Shown: positions 1-15,100, numbered from the stretch's first letter. The stretch: DNA of 64,000 nucleotides from Mytilus edulis (GCF_963676685.1 NC_092347.1:29140001-29204000), one strand, 5' to 3'. Notes: generated by a model not told the origin, from the sequence alone. A program made the numbers and translations.

Positions 1-470
1 ATAATTAAAGCTAAGGTTAAAGACACTTAATCATCCATTAAAGTTCCATCTTATTCATGAGTGCCAGTCTTCAGATACTGATATTATTTTGTGATACAGG
101 AGTTACCTAACTTTTTATTTTTTCTTGATTACTGTGGATTCATTATTATTCGTTGGATACCAATTATCGTTTTGGTTTTGTGGGTACAGGTGAACCACGA
201 ATTCAAATGTTCAATGAATAACATATTTTCAATATGCTTTGAATACAGAGAATGGCAAAACCACGAAAATAAATAATCCACAGTAACTTAGTGTTAACTG
301 TCTCTAAAATTTGAACAGTTTCTTTAATTTGAACAGTCTCTTTAATTTGAACAGTTACACATACAGTTGACAAAAAATTATGAATTTACAGTACTATAAA
401 AAACATTCGAAATTTAGTAACATTATGAGATGTATGTTAATGAAATTGTAAATAAGATGTTACTTCATAG

Positions 471-3400
471 GTCCAGAAAGCTTATACACCATCCAAGTCT
501 TGCTGATTTTGGACCTAAAAGACAGATAGTTGTAGCTACTAAATCAGGAAAGGAGAAAGATCAGGTAGTGTTTAAACTGTTTATTACACATACTGATATT
601 CCAAGTACATTAACCTTTATACAATGAAAACGAGAAAACTGGACTATTTGTAGTTATTCTCTTTATAAGTTTCTTTCATCTCATGGCAGATCAACATATT
701 CCTTGATCAAAATATCTAGTATTCTTGAAGAGTATAGAGGTGTATACATTTTACTGCAATTCTACAGTACAGATTTTTTTTGTAAGGCCAATCTTTTGAC
801 ATATCTTATTACACTGTGTATGAATATGTCTTGAAAGCCGAGATAACAGTGATAGAACACGTTTTGCTAATGTGTTGGAAAGTCTTTTTTGCTCTCTACT
901 GTTATTTCACATTTGAATTAGTAGTGCTTGATACTTATAGGCCAGTCCCATAATTCATAGTGGTAACTGGATTGCTGTGATAAAGCCTTTTTGTGTTGAG
1001 GTCCCCAAAGGCATCCATCAACCAAGTAATCTTAAATGAGCATAACAGTGTTGTCATATATCTTTGTGTATAAAGACCATATTTCATAGATGCAATAATG
1101 TAGTCAATAATAAGTTCAATGATTCTAGCTGCCAATGACATTCATCAACTGAAACACAATAAATCAATGTTTTCCCATAGTGTAAGACATTATAATCTGG
1201 TGCTTTTTGAAAAAGTCATAACACACATAAAATCTACTGGTAGAATGTCACAAGCATGCAATGGCTTTGTTTTATCAAGTTTTGCATTAATTAAGAATTT
1301 TCCTTGTCAAGTCCTGTAAAAAGTTGTTACTGTAAGCCCTAACTTTAAAAGCACACAATAAGTATGATGCCATCTGCAGAGGGGAAACAGCCGATCCTGT
1401 CATTAGTACCAACGAAATCTTGTAAAGAAAAATATCACCACCAAAAGAGATTTACTGAATAACTGTGGGTGTACTATAGAAACTTTTATGGATATGACAC
1501 CTGATTTTGCTTTTGTACAGATTTATATTTTGATTTATATTTTCAGAAAACAAGCACAAAGCACAAAAGGAAAGAAAAAGGTGAGGAAAAATCAAGAATG
1601 ATCATTACTGGGATTAATTTAAGATTTGGTTTTTGGAGAAAATATATTAAAGTTATTGTGGAGTTCTATCCTTAATCATCAATTTACTGTTCATTTATTT
1701 TATTTTTTGCAACTGACTGAATATATGTGTCAAGTTTTAAGTTACATTTTTGACTGATCTATTTGCAACAGAATATTTACCATCAGAATGAAAAAGAACT
1801 AATTAGCAATAGTCCTATGAATTTTCCAAATAAAGCACAGAAAGAGAATACATATTGTAAAGTTTCACAAAATTTGTGGAAAGATAACTCTGGTGTTTGC
1901 AGAAAAATAGCTTATTATGTACATGTTTTCCTATAAATTTTCAAAACAAACCTGAAAAAATGGTAAATGTTTAAAATACATATTTTAAGTAAAAAATTTG
2001 AGCCGATTATTTGTAAAAAGTATTTATATTTTAAAATTGTTTACAGATAGAGAGAAGAGGAAGTTAGAGAGAAGACAGTCAGTTGCTGTCATGGAAACAG
2101 TGAAGAACTCAGCAAAGAAGAGGAATAAAGCTTCTCATATTTTGAAAAGTCCTAAATGTAGGTGTACGGTTATTCTTTGTCATTCTAAGAATGTTTCTAG
2201 TCGGATAGCTAAATTATGCTGGTCCTATGTATCAATGAAAATTGTGTATCGTCTGCTTCTTACAAAAGGAAATTACATTTATACAATCAAGATAAAGAAT
2301 AAATGAAATACAATACCACCATGTGACTTAATAATTTACAGACATATACAATATTAGGTCAATGTCAGGAAAATATATGAACTTTTTGTATGAGGCTGAG
2401 AAACTGGGGAAGGGCGAGGTTCTACTGAGCCCTTTCCCAGTTTTGCGCCGAGTACAAAAAAGTTGATATTTTTATGACATTGACCTAATATTGTTTTCAT
2501 GCTGCAACTTGATTTAAAAAAATATAGCTTTTTAAATCGTAACACAAATTTCAAATTCATTTTCATCCCTTTGAACCCCTGACTCTGGAGAAAGTGCCCC
2601 ATGATGAAATTGACATTGCACAAAATAAAGCTGTGTTACTAAATTAAGAAATAAACACAACTAGTTGCTTAAAAATATTAATGGCTCTAAAAACAATCAT
2701 TTATGATTGCTATTCTGGGCATTAGATCAATTTCGAAACCTGGCTTTCTCTGTGTTCCTCGACTCTTAATGAATATTTTCAAACTTAGCTATTGTTTTGT
2801 TTACATACACCAGTGATTTCATTCTGATGGGAGGTAACTAATGTATCAATCAAATTCCCAAAAGGTGAATAATAGGTATATATCATCAAATATTGTCAAT
2901 ATTTAGGACTTTTCATTATTATTTGCATTTAAATGAAAACTAATTCAATTATTTCATGTCATATGGTAATGTATTACTAGTAGAGTTCTTTATTATATAT
3001 TTAAAGGTATTTAAGCATAAACTATAATACATGTTAAAAAATGTAACCCCAAATCAGCAAACATTTATGTGTATTTTACAGATATGAAATCATCTAATAG
3101 GAAACTTGTGTCTGAAACACCATCTCATAAACAAAAAGGTCAAAATATGTGGAAAAGGTTGGAAAAGGAGCGTAGAAGGACCCAGAGTGTGATTGATATA
3201 AAGGTTGTCGCTGAATCTCCTGTCAAATTAGGTAAATACAATATAAATCTACAATACAACATTAGTTAAGTTGATATAGTTCAAGGCTTTTCATTTTATC
3301 CACTTATAGATCTTAAAAGTAAAAAAAAAACTTCTTCCTTTTCTGTTTATTATATAATGAATTTGATATTTGCTTTAATATATACTTTCCTCCTTTAAAT

Positions 3401-6221
3401 TCTTTATCAAAGCATACATAGATTTATGCAAACTGTGTTGTAACTCTCTCTTGAGAGAGAGCTTAGTCACTCAGGGCTAGAAAGATTTGTACAAGTCAGT
3501 TGATGCATTTTTACACAAGACTCAGACTTAAAATGTAAAATTCTTTTCAGTTGCTCTTGAAATTTTTTTCAATTTTATGATTTTTAGAAAATTTACTCAA
3601 TATATTTTTGTCCTACCTCTGACTGTTAGCTGTTTCATTTTAAAAAACACTTGTCACAATATCAGCAAAAAAAAAAGCAAAACTCTCTTCTTTGAACTAA
3701 AATGCAAAGTCATCATCATTTGTCACACATTTGTCACACCTTTAAAACATACAAGTTTTACAGGGATTGCTCTAATTTTAATCATAAAAAACACATTTTC
3801 AAGAAATTTGTTGAATTGCAAGAGCAAAAACAATTTTTTTTTGTCAGCTCACTGCATAACCATTTATACAAATATCATAAACCATTTAGTATTTATCAGC
3901 AAAGTATTTCAGACATATTTTGTGAATATAGATGTTGAATTTGATTGAAAATTTAGATAATTTTGACCTTGTTGAAGAAAACCTACAGGACATCTTTACA
4001 CTTTATAATGATATCATAACAAAAGTAATTTGATATTGATATGGAAGGATATATAATTAGAGAAATTAAAAACAGCCGATTGTTACATTGTTCGTGTTGA
4101 TGTTTTGATAAAGTGTTAAAAAAAGCAAACAAATGTGTAAATCACAGCTGTTTTATTTAAGCTATATTCTTTTATCTGATTTCAAAAGATTTCCTTTTTT
4201 CAGATGTTGTGGAAAAACAAAGTCCATCTGAGAAAAAACAAGCCACACGAAGATCCTTTTACTCTGCAGGACCTGTAAATAGATCTCGTAGCTTAACAAA
4301 CAGCCTTGAACTTGCTGACAGAATTGCTGGCAGGACTAGCAACTTTGTAAAAAAAGCAAAAAGACAAAGTTTGTTTAACTTGAAGTCACCAGACAGAAAC
4401 TCTTCATTTTTATTATCTCAGCTGATGAGTAGTCCAGGTTCAGTGAGAAAAACTCCTGGCAAAAAATTATCATTGAGCAAAGCATTGCAATCACCATGCC
4501 AGAATACTCGCTCAAAAACACCTAGTAAGGCTTTGTCGTCTCAAAAATCTCTCTTTAAAGATAAAAGTCCAAAGAGATCAATAAAGAAGTTGTCATTTAC
4601 ACCTGTGAAGATGTCATCTCAAGAAGTACTAATACCAGATTCACCATGTCTAAATACAAGGTCACACACTCCAATTAAAGGTCAGAGAGTCACTGGAACA
4701 CCTTCACGATCACTAACAACGAATACCTTACTCATGTCACCAAGTCAGAATACAAGGTCAAAAATTACGTCCACACCTACTAGACATAGTGTTAAAGCTA
4801 AACTTTTCATGAAAAGTCCAGAAAATAGAACAGGAAGTAAAACTCCAGTAAAATTTGCAGCACTAGGTGAACCACATAGAGGAAAAAGAGCTCTGAATTT
4901 AAATGATGATGAGCTTGAGATAAATAATGCTACTGTGGTCTTGACCAATCAGAATTTAGTAGCCACAGAAAAATCATCAGCTTATCAGATTGAGACTAAA
5001 ACTGAGAAAGAAATTAATATTCAACCTCAGACAGAGAAAACACCATCACCAACAAAAAGAATGGTTGTAAAAACACCTAGCTCAATTGATAGTTGGCCAC
5101 GTAAGAAAAAATGGACAAAAATTAAATATACTGAAAGTCCTAAACTTAAAATAGATGAACAAGACATTGTGGAAGAAAATGGTTCTTCGAAAAGTTCTCA
5201 GTCAAATGGTAGTAGTTCTGGTGATGATGAGGTAGGAATAAGGATCAACGATAAACTAGATACTGATGATAGACTACAGCTGGATTTAAATAATGAGAAA
5301 TCTGAAGACTTCATGTTTTGTAAGCCTAGAACTTCTTCTAAAAGAAGCTTAGCAGTTTCCCCTGAAGGTAAAACTTATGATTCTCCAGCTAAGCGAAGAT
5401 GTTTCTCTCCATTAAAGAACAACATAAAAAAACTAGACATAAATTCTGGCACTCTTAATGATGGGGAGAAAATACTACTGAAAACATTTGGAAAGAGAAA
5501 TTTAAGTATATCACCTGAAAAGTCTTTATCTTCACCAAATAAAAGGCAGAGAATTTCTTTAAAGTCAATTGAATCACCAAAACAGGGGTTTTCCCTTCAT
5601 TCACAGCTACTTTCAAAGAACTTCTCCAACACATCTGACGTTTTATCTAGTCAGGGCTTCGACACAAATCTTCTCAGTTCACAAGGTAGTGTGAAGTCAC
5701 AAGACTTTCTTTCTCTAACAAGTAATGATTCGATGGACTATTTCTCAGCTTCAAATGATGAAGTCTTCCTATCACCAACAAGAAGGTCAAGAAATTTAGC
5801 CTCCTCACAAAGTCAGGAAACTGAAAGTGCAAAATTGACAGATTTATCAAATATATCATTTGTAAGAACAGATTCACCTGTATTTGGTTCTTCAAAAAAG
5901 AAAAAGCTTGAGAAAAGACTAAAAAGTCTTGAAATAGTTGGTGATCAAGATGTGGAAGATGGTATAAAAACTATTAAAAGTCCTTGTTCAAAAGTGCTGC
6001 AGTCAGAAGATGGGAGTTCTAAAATTTCACCATCTGCCAGGAAATACTCACCAAGTGTATCAGCAAAAAGTCTTTGTCACTTAATTAGCTCCCCTATCTT
6101 GAACTCTCCTGCTACAAGAGAAGGAAAAGAAGATGGTAGTCCTAAAATAGATCAAGACAGTTTAAACATTAGAAGACAAAAAATGTCAGGACGAATAAGA
6201 AGATCATTAATGCAGAACTAA
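471..6221 (+). CDS. TICRR: Treslin/TICRR (TopBP1-interacting checkpoint and replication regulator), 3' part; the 5' exons lie upstream of the window
   Basis: Exons 471-564, 1547-1580, 2047-2157, 3082-3231 and 4204-6221, all with AG/GT sites and matching phases (0,1,1,1), ending in TAA at 6219-6221. The protein has RRQSVA, the paired CDK sites VSETPSHKQ...VVAESPVK (like the vertebrate Treslin TopBP1-binding ETP/ESP sites), RRSFYS, KTPSSIDSWPRKKK and a C-terminal VSAKSLCHLISSPIL, all resembling motifs recalled from vertebrate Treslin, within an S/T-P-rich tail. Confidence 0.88.
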
Positions 6222-6431
6222 ATTATTTTACACAATACAGTAGTTGATTCCTTTATTATGATAAAAGGTTATTTTTCTTTTAAAACCACATAAATTAGAA
6301 AATTTAAAACGTGTCTGATTTTTATAAAAATTTTGTTTCTTAGTCAACTCAGAAACTGTTTTAAATATCAGAAAATGGTTTACTGGTTTGCATTCAAGTA
6401 AATTTGGCATTGAAGTAGACGGTTATATTTC

Positions 6432-6437
6432 AATAAA
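6432..6437 (+). terminator. Candidate polyadenylation signal for TICRR
   Basis: First AATAAA about 210 nt after the TICRR stop; alternative AATAAA sites exist further downstream (e.g. 7245-7250). Confidence 0.3.
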
Positions 6438-7309
6438 TTTATAATTTTGGCTGCTAATAGCTATTAGTTTTAACAAATCTTAATTTTTCATTTTTTCTCA
6501 TTCAGCTTTTATGAAATGTTCTAATAGGAAATTTGTTTGCATACTTTTTAGGTAATAGTAATCTTATTTGCATAATACCTTTGAAAACAGCAATGCCACT
6601 AGATTGTATTCCAAATCAAACCCTCTTGTTTCTAATGATTTTCACTTTTGCTACTTTTATTTATTTATGTGTAACATGGATAAGATACATTTACTTTATT
6701 AGGGTGTATAATTTGTATACAAAACCAAAGTTTGTTGGTTTTCGTCTCGCCTTCGATAGTACATGTACCAGTATACAAGACATATATTTGAATCCAGTGA
6801 TGGTAACAGCAAAAAATGGGTTTCTGTAAAACTTTATTTTCAGAAGAAAATATATTTTTGTGCTCAAAATTATTTCATGCTTGTTAATCATAAATGTTAG
6901 GCCAAACAGAAATTAATTGAATTTCTGAAAACATAATAGGTCAAATCAATTTTATCAAATCAAATAATTATGACAACAAAAGTCCATAAATAAAATTTAT
7001 TTTGAAATATTTTAATCATTGAAGTCAGTGAAGCAACAGAAACATTTAATGTCTTTGCCTAACAAAACATACTTGTTCAGTGACAAGTATTAAACTTAAT
7101 AAAGACAGATTGTTCAATGGATTTGACATGAATTTGTAACTAATAATGATTATGTACATGTGGTTGTAATTAATAGTAATTATGTATATTATTTATCTAA
7201 TTTTTATCATGTATCAAGACTTAAGATCAATCTAATATTTATCAAATAAACTTAATTACAACTGGTCTAGTTTTTTTCATGCCTTTTGTCACAAAATTTG
7301 AAATATAGG

Positions 7310-8032
7310 GATAACATTCCAGCAGGATTGGCAATGGCGCTATTACTATATGTATAAAGCTTTATATCTTAAAAGGTAGCAAATCTGGATGCTTTATTTG
7401 CAAATACAATAAGCTACAAGGTTTTCATATGTCAATTGTCCTCAATCTCATTTTCATGGTTCAGTAATTGCTTGAAAAGAAGAAAAAAATGTCATGTGAA
7501 ACACTCACTTATTATGAAAAAATCAAATAACTTTATTCAGTATTTGGCTTTCTTTCATGGTCTACATGTTTGTTAGACAGGGTTTACCTGATCTGGAACT
7601 CATTTTATGAATTAGTGATCGAGGTTAAGTTTATATGGTCAAGTCTGTATCTCAGATACTATAAGCAAAAGGTAAACAGTATTTGATGAATGGAAAGATT
7701 GTTAGGTGTACATTTCTGACTGGTGAGTTCAATCTGACCTTTACCTTATTTTCATGGTTCAGTGGACAATGTTTAGTTTTTGTGTTTTTGTCTGTTTCTT
7801 AGATAATACTGGTATAAGCAATTGGGCCTCTATATTTGGTGTATGGAATGATTGAAAGGTGTTCATGTAGATCTGTCTGGTATTGTTCATATAACCTTGA
7901 CCTCATTTACATGAATCATTAATAAAGTTAAGTTTAAGTGATACTTGTAGTAAAACCTTTGTATTGCAAACTTTCAACATTTATTCTATCATATATAAAA
8001 CAGGAAAGACATTTCAGTGTGTGCACTCTTGT
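7310..8032 (+). mobile_element. Degenerate HINE (Helentron-associated) non-autonomous element, family D
   Basis: Diverged copy of the family at 8901-9863, 16907-17842 and 61236-62284 (tgacctcattttcatggttcagt units; 3' end catttcagtgtgtgcactcttgtt). Confidence 0.6.
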
Positions 8033-8900
8033 TCTGAAGAATGTGTCCTTTTATTACAAGTTTGCAGTTAATACTAGTAGCGGTTTTTAACATTCATCTT
8101 AATCAAGAACGGGTACTAAGTATAAAAATAAGGAAATACGGTATAATTACCAAAAGGACAAGTTTCCACTGAAGACCAAGAGACAGCAGATCTCAACTGT
8201 GTCATGGTACAGCATTCAACAATGAACAAAACATATAGTGCATAGCAATCTATAAGAGGTCATGACATAACAAAATGTACAAACTAACATCTTGATGTGT
8301 GAACAAAACATATACTATACAACAGCACATGACAACCACTGAATAACAAGTTACTGACCTTGGATAGGCACATACTGAAAGATTAAACATGTTTACCGGT
8401 ATATGAATCTAACCAACCCCCTGATCCTGGAACAATGATGTGATAGCACAACAAAATGATAAACTGAAAACTATTAAGATTGATTGGACTGATATGTGTT
8501 TACTGCCACTTTAAACACTATCAGCTCTATTGGTAAGTTTATATAGGTGTCCAAAGCTTGAGAGAACCAGGGACCATCCATAGGAAAATTGACAGTCCTA
8601 GTCAATCAAGATTATGGGAGTCCAGCACACCTCCCTTTTGTGATCATCAGATCAATACAAAGCACACAAAAGACACAAAGTAAACATCTTAGAGTACTTG
8701 CATTTACTGAGAGCTAGTTCATAGCTAATAACAACAAATCAATAATGTATGACTATGAATACATGTGATAATTGCCACTGGACCTTAAACACCAATCAAT
8801 TTTTTGATCAATTGATATGAAATTTAAACATCAATTGGATGTATTGAAGTTGTAGATTACAAAATGTGGGTTTGTTTAAGGATTTTCAATTTGATTTTTT

Positions 8901-9863
8901 GTCGAGCCTGCAACTTTTGTCACAGAAAGCTCGACTAAGGGATAATGATCCAGCGTAGGCGGTGTTAAAAGCTTTATTTTTAAGAAGGGGGAAGACCTGG
9001 ATGCTTCATACTATGTATATGGATGCATCATGTTACCAAATTTCTGTCAGTCACATGTCCAATGTCCTTGACCTCATTTTCATGGTTCAGTGCCTACTTG
9101 AAAAAGAAGTTAAGATTTTTTGTAATGTTAAATTCTCTCTTAGTATAAGTAAATAATTGCATTAGATGTATGTTTCATTACAATACGTTATTCTGATTGG
9201 CTAATGGCACATCATGTGTTATTCCTTAAGCAGTTGTATCACTCAATAAAACTTCTCATTCATGATTACACGAGGTCCCACAATAAAGTGCACAGGTAAA
9301 TGAAATAAAAACTTGATAAAAGGCGTGTTTTCATGATCCTATAGATAAAAATGTAATTATAAGTATTGAATGCTTTTTTTTTGTAACTTTATAGGGTTGT
9401 AAAAGTGTTGACCGTGCGCACATGTACTTCGGTCAACGCTTTTACACCCCAATAAATTTACAAAAAAGAGCATTCAATTCTTAATAGGATAACTATATTT
9501 GGTATGTGCGTACCTTGCAAGGTCCTCATGCCCATCAGACAGTTTTCATTTGACCTCGACCTCATTTCATGGATAAGTGAACAAGGTCAATTTTGGTTGT
9601 CAAGTCTATATCTCAGATACTATAAGCAATAGGTCTAGTATATTTACTAAGGTGTATATGTTCAACTGGGAGGTGTCATCTGACCTTGACCTCATGTTCA
9701 TGGTTCAGTGGTTATAACTAAGATTTTGTGTTTTGGTCAATGTTTAGTTTTCTTGGTTATGTTAAGTTTATGTGACCGTTGTAATAAGGCTTTATATTTA
9801 GGACTCAACATAATATCAATGATTAGTAAAGAAGGAGAGACATTTCAGCGTGTGCACTCTTGT
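8901..9863 (+). mobile_element. HINE-like element family D, interrupted by an insertion at ~9153-9484
   Basis: 5' inverted repeat gtcgagc...gctcgac, internal repeated units, 3' end agcgtgtgcactcttgtt, T-rich flanks; reverse complement of 16907-17842. Confidence 0.7.
9153..9484. mobile_element. Non-autonomous insertion with a long subterminal hairpin (possibly Crypton-type)
   Basis: Splits the host HINE at ataagtaa|taggataact. Contains an imperfect ~50-bp inverted repeat at 9366-9476 (ttgaatgc...gttgaccg / cggtcaac...gcattcaa) and ttctgattggc near the left end. Confidence 0.45.
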
Positions 9864-11965
9864 TTTGAATTCAAGGGAATAAAATTTTGTAAGGGGTAAT
9901 TGCAAACCAAATGAACCTCTTCCACAGAGTCATCTGCTCTTGGTCAAGGTATTTTTTAAACTTTTGTCAGTTCAATTGTCAAATTGACTTTAAACAATAG
10001 TATTGTTCTCAGTGTAATTTATATACTGGGCATTGGTTAATTTGCATGAAGAAAAAGAGTATCTTCTAAGGAGATAAATATACATATTTTAACTGACAAA
10101 ACCTGCATATCATTAAGATTTGTTTTTCGTTCATTATTTTGGTTTACTTGTATAAACTGTTTTATTGGGCCTTTTATAGCTGACTGGTATGGGTTTTGCT
10201 CATTATTGAAGGGTGTAGTGACTTAACAAATTTGTTTTGTGTCATTTGGTCCTTTGTGGATAGCTGTCTCATTGGCAATTATACCACATCTTCTTATTTT
10301 TACATTAATAATAAAAAGCTGTAAACAAATATCTTCTTTTATTTTAGTAAAAATATATTTTATATACATTTCATGTAAAACATACAAAGTTGATACAAAT
10401 AAAATACTTTATAAACCTTTTTGAGCACATCATCATAATACAAAACTGAGATATCTGTGAGATCTATAAACAACAGATTGATCATCACTTTTAAAATGTA
10501 AAAATATTAAATATTAAATTACTTAATTTTTTATACTTTGAGTACAAGTTGTCTGTATTTTGACACCAACCTTCTTTATTGAAGTGATACAAATGTATCT
10601 TTCAACAATAACCAGTTTCATGTTTTACTTATGAATTAGCGCATACTTCAAGCTAACATTTAGCTTAGTACTCTTTGAAATAAAGCTGCAAATAAGGACA
10701 GTAAAATGGGGGTAGATTATATTTATACTTTTCATTTGTTCAAGTTAATAAATCCTCAAAAATTGTATCATGTAAAAATATGGAGATGTGGTAATATTGC
10801 CAATGAAACAATTAACCACCAGAGTTCAAATGAAGTGAATGTAAACAATTATGGGCAACTGTACAGCCTTTAACAATGAGAAAATCCCAAACTGTATAGT
10901 TAGCTATAAAAGGCCCTGACATTGAAAGAGAAAACCAATGGCACAAGGCATAAAGCAAATATTGGGCTCATTTGGCACTGTAGAATGACAACAATTAGAA
11001 TCCTTGGTTATTTTTTTTTAACCTGCTAATTATCAGTGATTGAAAATGTAAATATGTTAGTTATGATAAAAATAATATAAAAAAGCTGTAAATAACAGTG
11101 GTTTGCTAAATATAAGAAAAGATTCCTATAATAGGAAATAACTACATTATGTACATGATAAAGACTTATATTCTTGTCTTCCATCTTAATAGTTTTAGGA
11201 TCCAAGTAAGGATCTACAGATCATATATGTACTAAACAGTAAATAAAACTTGCATCCAGTGGTTGAATAGTGATATGTACAAAAGTTTATATGTATATAG
11301 AGTAAAACATAAAGCACAGCAAATACATAAAACCCACTTTATTTCACCTTCTAAAGATAGTCTAAAATAAAATTAAAATTACATTGGTGGACCTGGCTTA
11401 TCACTAAATGAATATATGATAGAATCTTATACTTTGCCAAAATATAGATTTTTCCATGCTTTTTCCAAAAATTAATAAAAAGTATGGGTCCCCATGCTAA
11501 TTTTAAAGCTACAAAATGAGCAAATTGCCTAGTTTTGTATAGATTACTCATGAACAGGCACTTTTTAGCTGACATAGCCCACAGGGCCAAGTGAGCTTTT
11601 CTCATCACTTGGTGTCTGTCGTCGTTATCTTTTACAAAATCTTCTCCTCTAAAACTACTTGGCCAAATTTAACCAAACTTGGCCACAATCATCAAGGTAT
11701 CTAGTTTAAAAAATGTGTCCGATGACCCGGCTGACCAACCAAGATGGTCAACATGGCTAAATATAGAACACAGGGGTAAAATGAAGATTTTGGCTAATAT
11801 CTTTGAAACCAAAGTATTTAGAGAAAATCTGATACTGAGGTAAAATTGTTTATCAGGTCAAAATCTATCTGTCCTGAACTTTTCAGACAAATCTGATATC
11901 CGTTGTTGGGTTGTTGCCCCTGAATTTATTATTTTAAGGAAATTTTGCAGTTTTTGGTTATAATC

Positions 11966-12078
11966 TTGAATATTATTATAGATAGAGATAAACTAGAGAT
12001 AAACTGTTGAATATTATTATTGATAGAGATAAACTAGAGATAAACTGTTGAATATTATTATAGATAGAGATAAACTGT
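11966..12078. repeat. ~41-bp tandem repeat, about 3 copies, inside HINE A
   Basis: ttgaatattattatagatagagataaactagagataaactg repeated. Confidence 0.75.
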
Positions 12079-12167
12079 AAACAGTAATAATGTTCAGCAA
12101 AATAAGATCTACAAATAGGTTAAACATGACTAAAATGGTCAATTGACTCCTTTTAAAAGGAGTTATT

Positions 12168-15100
12168 TAGTCCAGCAGATAGGTGCAATATTTGAAGGAA
12201 TTGTGCACTTCGTGTTAAAAGCACCAAATTTTGCTCAAACATACTTCTATCTATACTCTTCAATTTTAGATATGGAGGCAAGCTGGAAATATAGTTAACT
12301 TCCGGTAAAATCCAAAATGGCGGATGCATGTTTAAATTTCAACTTTTCTTAATTCTCTTTCAATTTTTTTTAGTTTAAACTAAAAGAACTGATGTTTTAA
12401 TTGATCTGCATCGTATTAGATGGGTTTCAGAGTTGCTGAAGCAGCAATTTGGATGAGTTTGGTTAACTTCCGGTCGAAATTTCATGTCAAAATTCAAGAA
12501 AAATGTTGACTTTTAATTTGCAAAAGTGAGAAGAATGGTGTAATAGAATCAGGTATTTATTTCTTTGGAGATCATAAAAATTCAATTGATATGGTGAACA
12601 CTACTGTTTCATTATATATTTGAATTAAGATAGACATACACTTCGATAAATCAAGAGACTAAATAACAATTGAAAGATGAGCTCTTAAAGATTTAAACTT
12701 ATTGAGGCGTCAGATAATCGAAGACCAGGTAGTTCGTCCCAAAATTTTGAAGAGGTTGACTGGACTTTAGTTCATTTATATGCTTTGGAAATTAGTGTGA
12801 CATCCATTTACTCTGAATTAGTACACCATTTGTATAGGGAACAGCTGGTGACCACATCCGGTTACAGGAATTTCTCGCTGCATAGAACACTTATTGGTGG
12901 CATTCGGCTATTGTCTGCTCTTTGGTCAGTTTGTTGTCTCTTTGATATATTCCCTATGTCTATTCTCAATGTTAAATGTATAATTTGTCAAAAGATGACA
13001 GACGAATAGCTGCAATGCCCTACACCCTCAAAGTGTATCAATATTGGTACCGGATATGTTACTATGGCTGGAAATCTCGTTAAATACAAAGAACTTCCAT
13101 GTTTACCGTCTACGATCCATCTGTATACACAATATGATGACAAGGGTCTTCCACGTACTACGTACAAAAATAATGCCACATGGCACAAGACCTGCCATCT
13201 AAACACAGAACTAAAGAGAACTAAAATAAGACATCAAAATGATACAGATGATATTTAAAGAAAAAAAGGCAATCGGAGCATGAAACCCACCCGCACAGTC
13301 AATGTGTACAAATGCTTCAGTACACAACTTTATTAGAGAAGCTCAGTGCTGGGAACCTCATTGTACAAGAAACGAAATATCATGTCCAATGTCTTGCTTA
13401 TTCTTATCGACAGGCATCAAAGGTCTCTAATGAAGATGAGACTTAATAAGGAAGAGACGCACGAATAAGCCATGGAATCGCATTAGCTGACGTCATCAGC
13501 TACAATAGATATTCCATAACCAAAGAATATTTAGCACCAGGATTCAAGATGTCAGGTTTTTTCTAGGCGACTAAGGAATCTAGATGTTGACATTGAAGAC
13601 AGACTTCATAATTCAAGATGAAAGAATAGACTTCTTACATTTAAAAATTATGGGTTGTTTGCCTGTGAGAGAGCTTTCACATGTTTGACTCGGATGGAGA
13701 TTTGTCTCAATAGCACTCATACAACTTCTTATATCTAATGCTTGCTTATTTACCTGATATTCAGGAATAAAAACAAGGGAGAGAGAATAAACTTGCTTTC
13801 AAAGATAATATAGAACCCTCGTTTCAGAAAACAGGTGATGATGCCTTTGACTAAAACTAAATGCAGATTTATAAAGCAGTAACAATAATTCGCAGCGACA
13901 TGTTTATTGTTACATTTTGGTTTTCCAGTGAACTGTGAGGAGAATTATGTTCCAAGATCTCTTGTAGCTCTTGTTAGTATGTTGTTGTATGGACAATATA
14001 TAACAACCGACTCTTATAAGCAGGAAACACTAACGATTGCTTGGATATTTATATCTAACAGCTACAAACAAATCCTTAACGTTAACTCTCCAAAGATCCG
14101 TCATCATGCATCTAAAGAAACATATGCACTTAGAAATAATGGTTCACTGTCTGACAGAACACATGAAATAAACATGTTGTTAAGTCGGATGGAGGCACTG
14201 TTAACAGATAACCTGCGAAGATGGATATCAGCTTGACAAGAAATGGCAAGACTTGCTAAAGAGTTTGAGAAGAGGGGCGAAAGATACCAGAGGGACAGTC
14301 ATATATCGATTTCTTGATGAAGAGAACACAACTGACCATGAGCAGAAACTAAGAACTCAAATGTCGTTTATCCATGATGTAGGTTCTGTGGTAGAAGAGA
14401 TAGGAAATCAATTTCTTGAAGACAGCAACGAACTGCTTGTTCTGTATACCAATTAAAGATATAGCTCCCTCAGCAGTTGTTGATACTATTCGTCGTTCGT
14501 TAAATAGAAAAGGGACTTTCCGATTTGATTTTCCTCTGAGTTCAGTATTTTTGTGATTTTACTTTTTAGAACTATTGACAAGATGTAACTATTGTAGACA
14601 ATATAAAGATTGACAGTACAAGGAGACGTTGTCAAAGGCAAACATGCTAACCACGAAACTGATAGAGCTTCTCAAGTGTAGATCAAAACAAAACAGAGCT
14701 CATTCATTTTCTGTCAAATAAACAGATGGATGAACACATTTACGAGATGAGAATCGTTGCTACAGTTGTTACAGATGTATTAGTACTTGTTTCATGTGAC
14801 AACGCAGCTGATATTTATGGGTTACTTTGGGACTGGAAACCACTTCGTATACATTTCAATTCATGAGCTTGCTAACTTTTTAGAACAAGAAAAAACATAT
14901 GCATTGCCTGGTTTCCATGCATTCACTGTATTCGACACTGTGGCATAGATCGCTGGTTAAGGTGAGAGAAAAAAACAGGGGATACACAAATGGTATTGAA
15001 TAATGTCACAAGAGAATACACCGTTGAGAAACCAGGGTTGCGTCCAATATCGTAGCAGCTACGTAGTGATACGTAGAAGTTTGTCTACTGAACGAGTAGC

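Noticed and set aside
4209-6221. Stand-alone 670-aa intronless gene
   Set aside because: It starts at a GTG just after a splice acceptor (4201-03) and is in phase with upstream exons, so it is the terminal TICRR exon.
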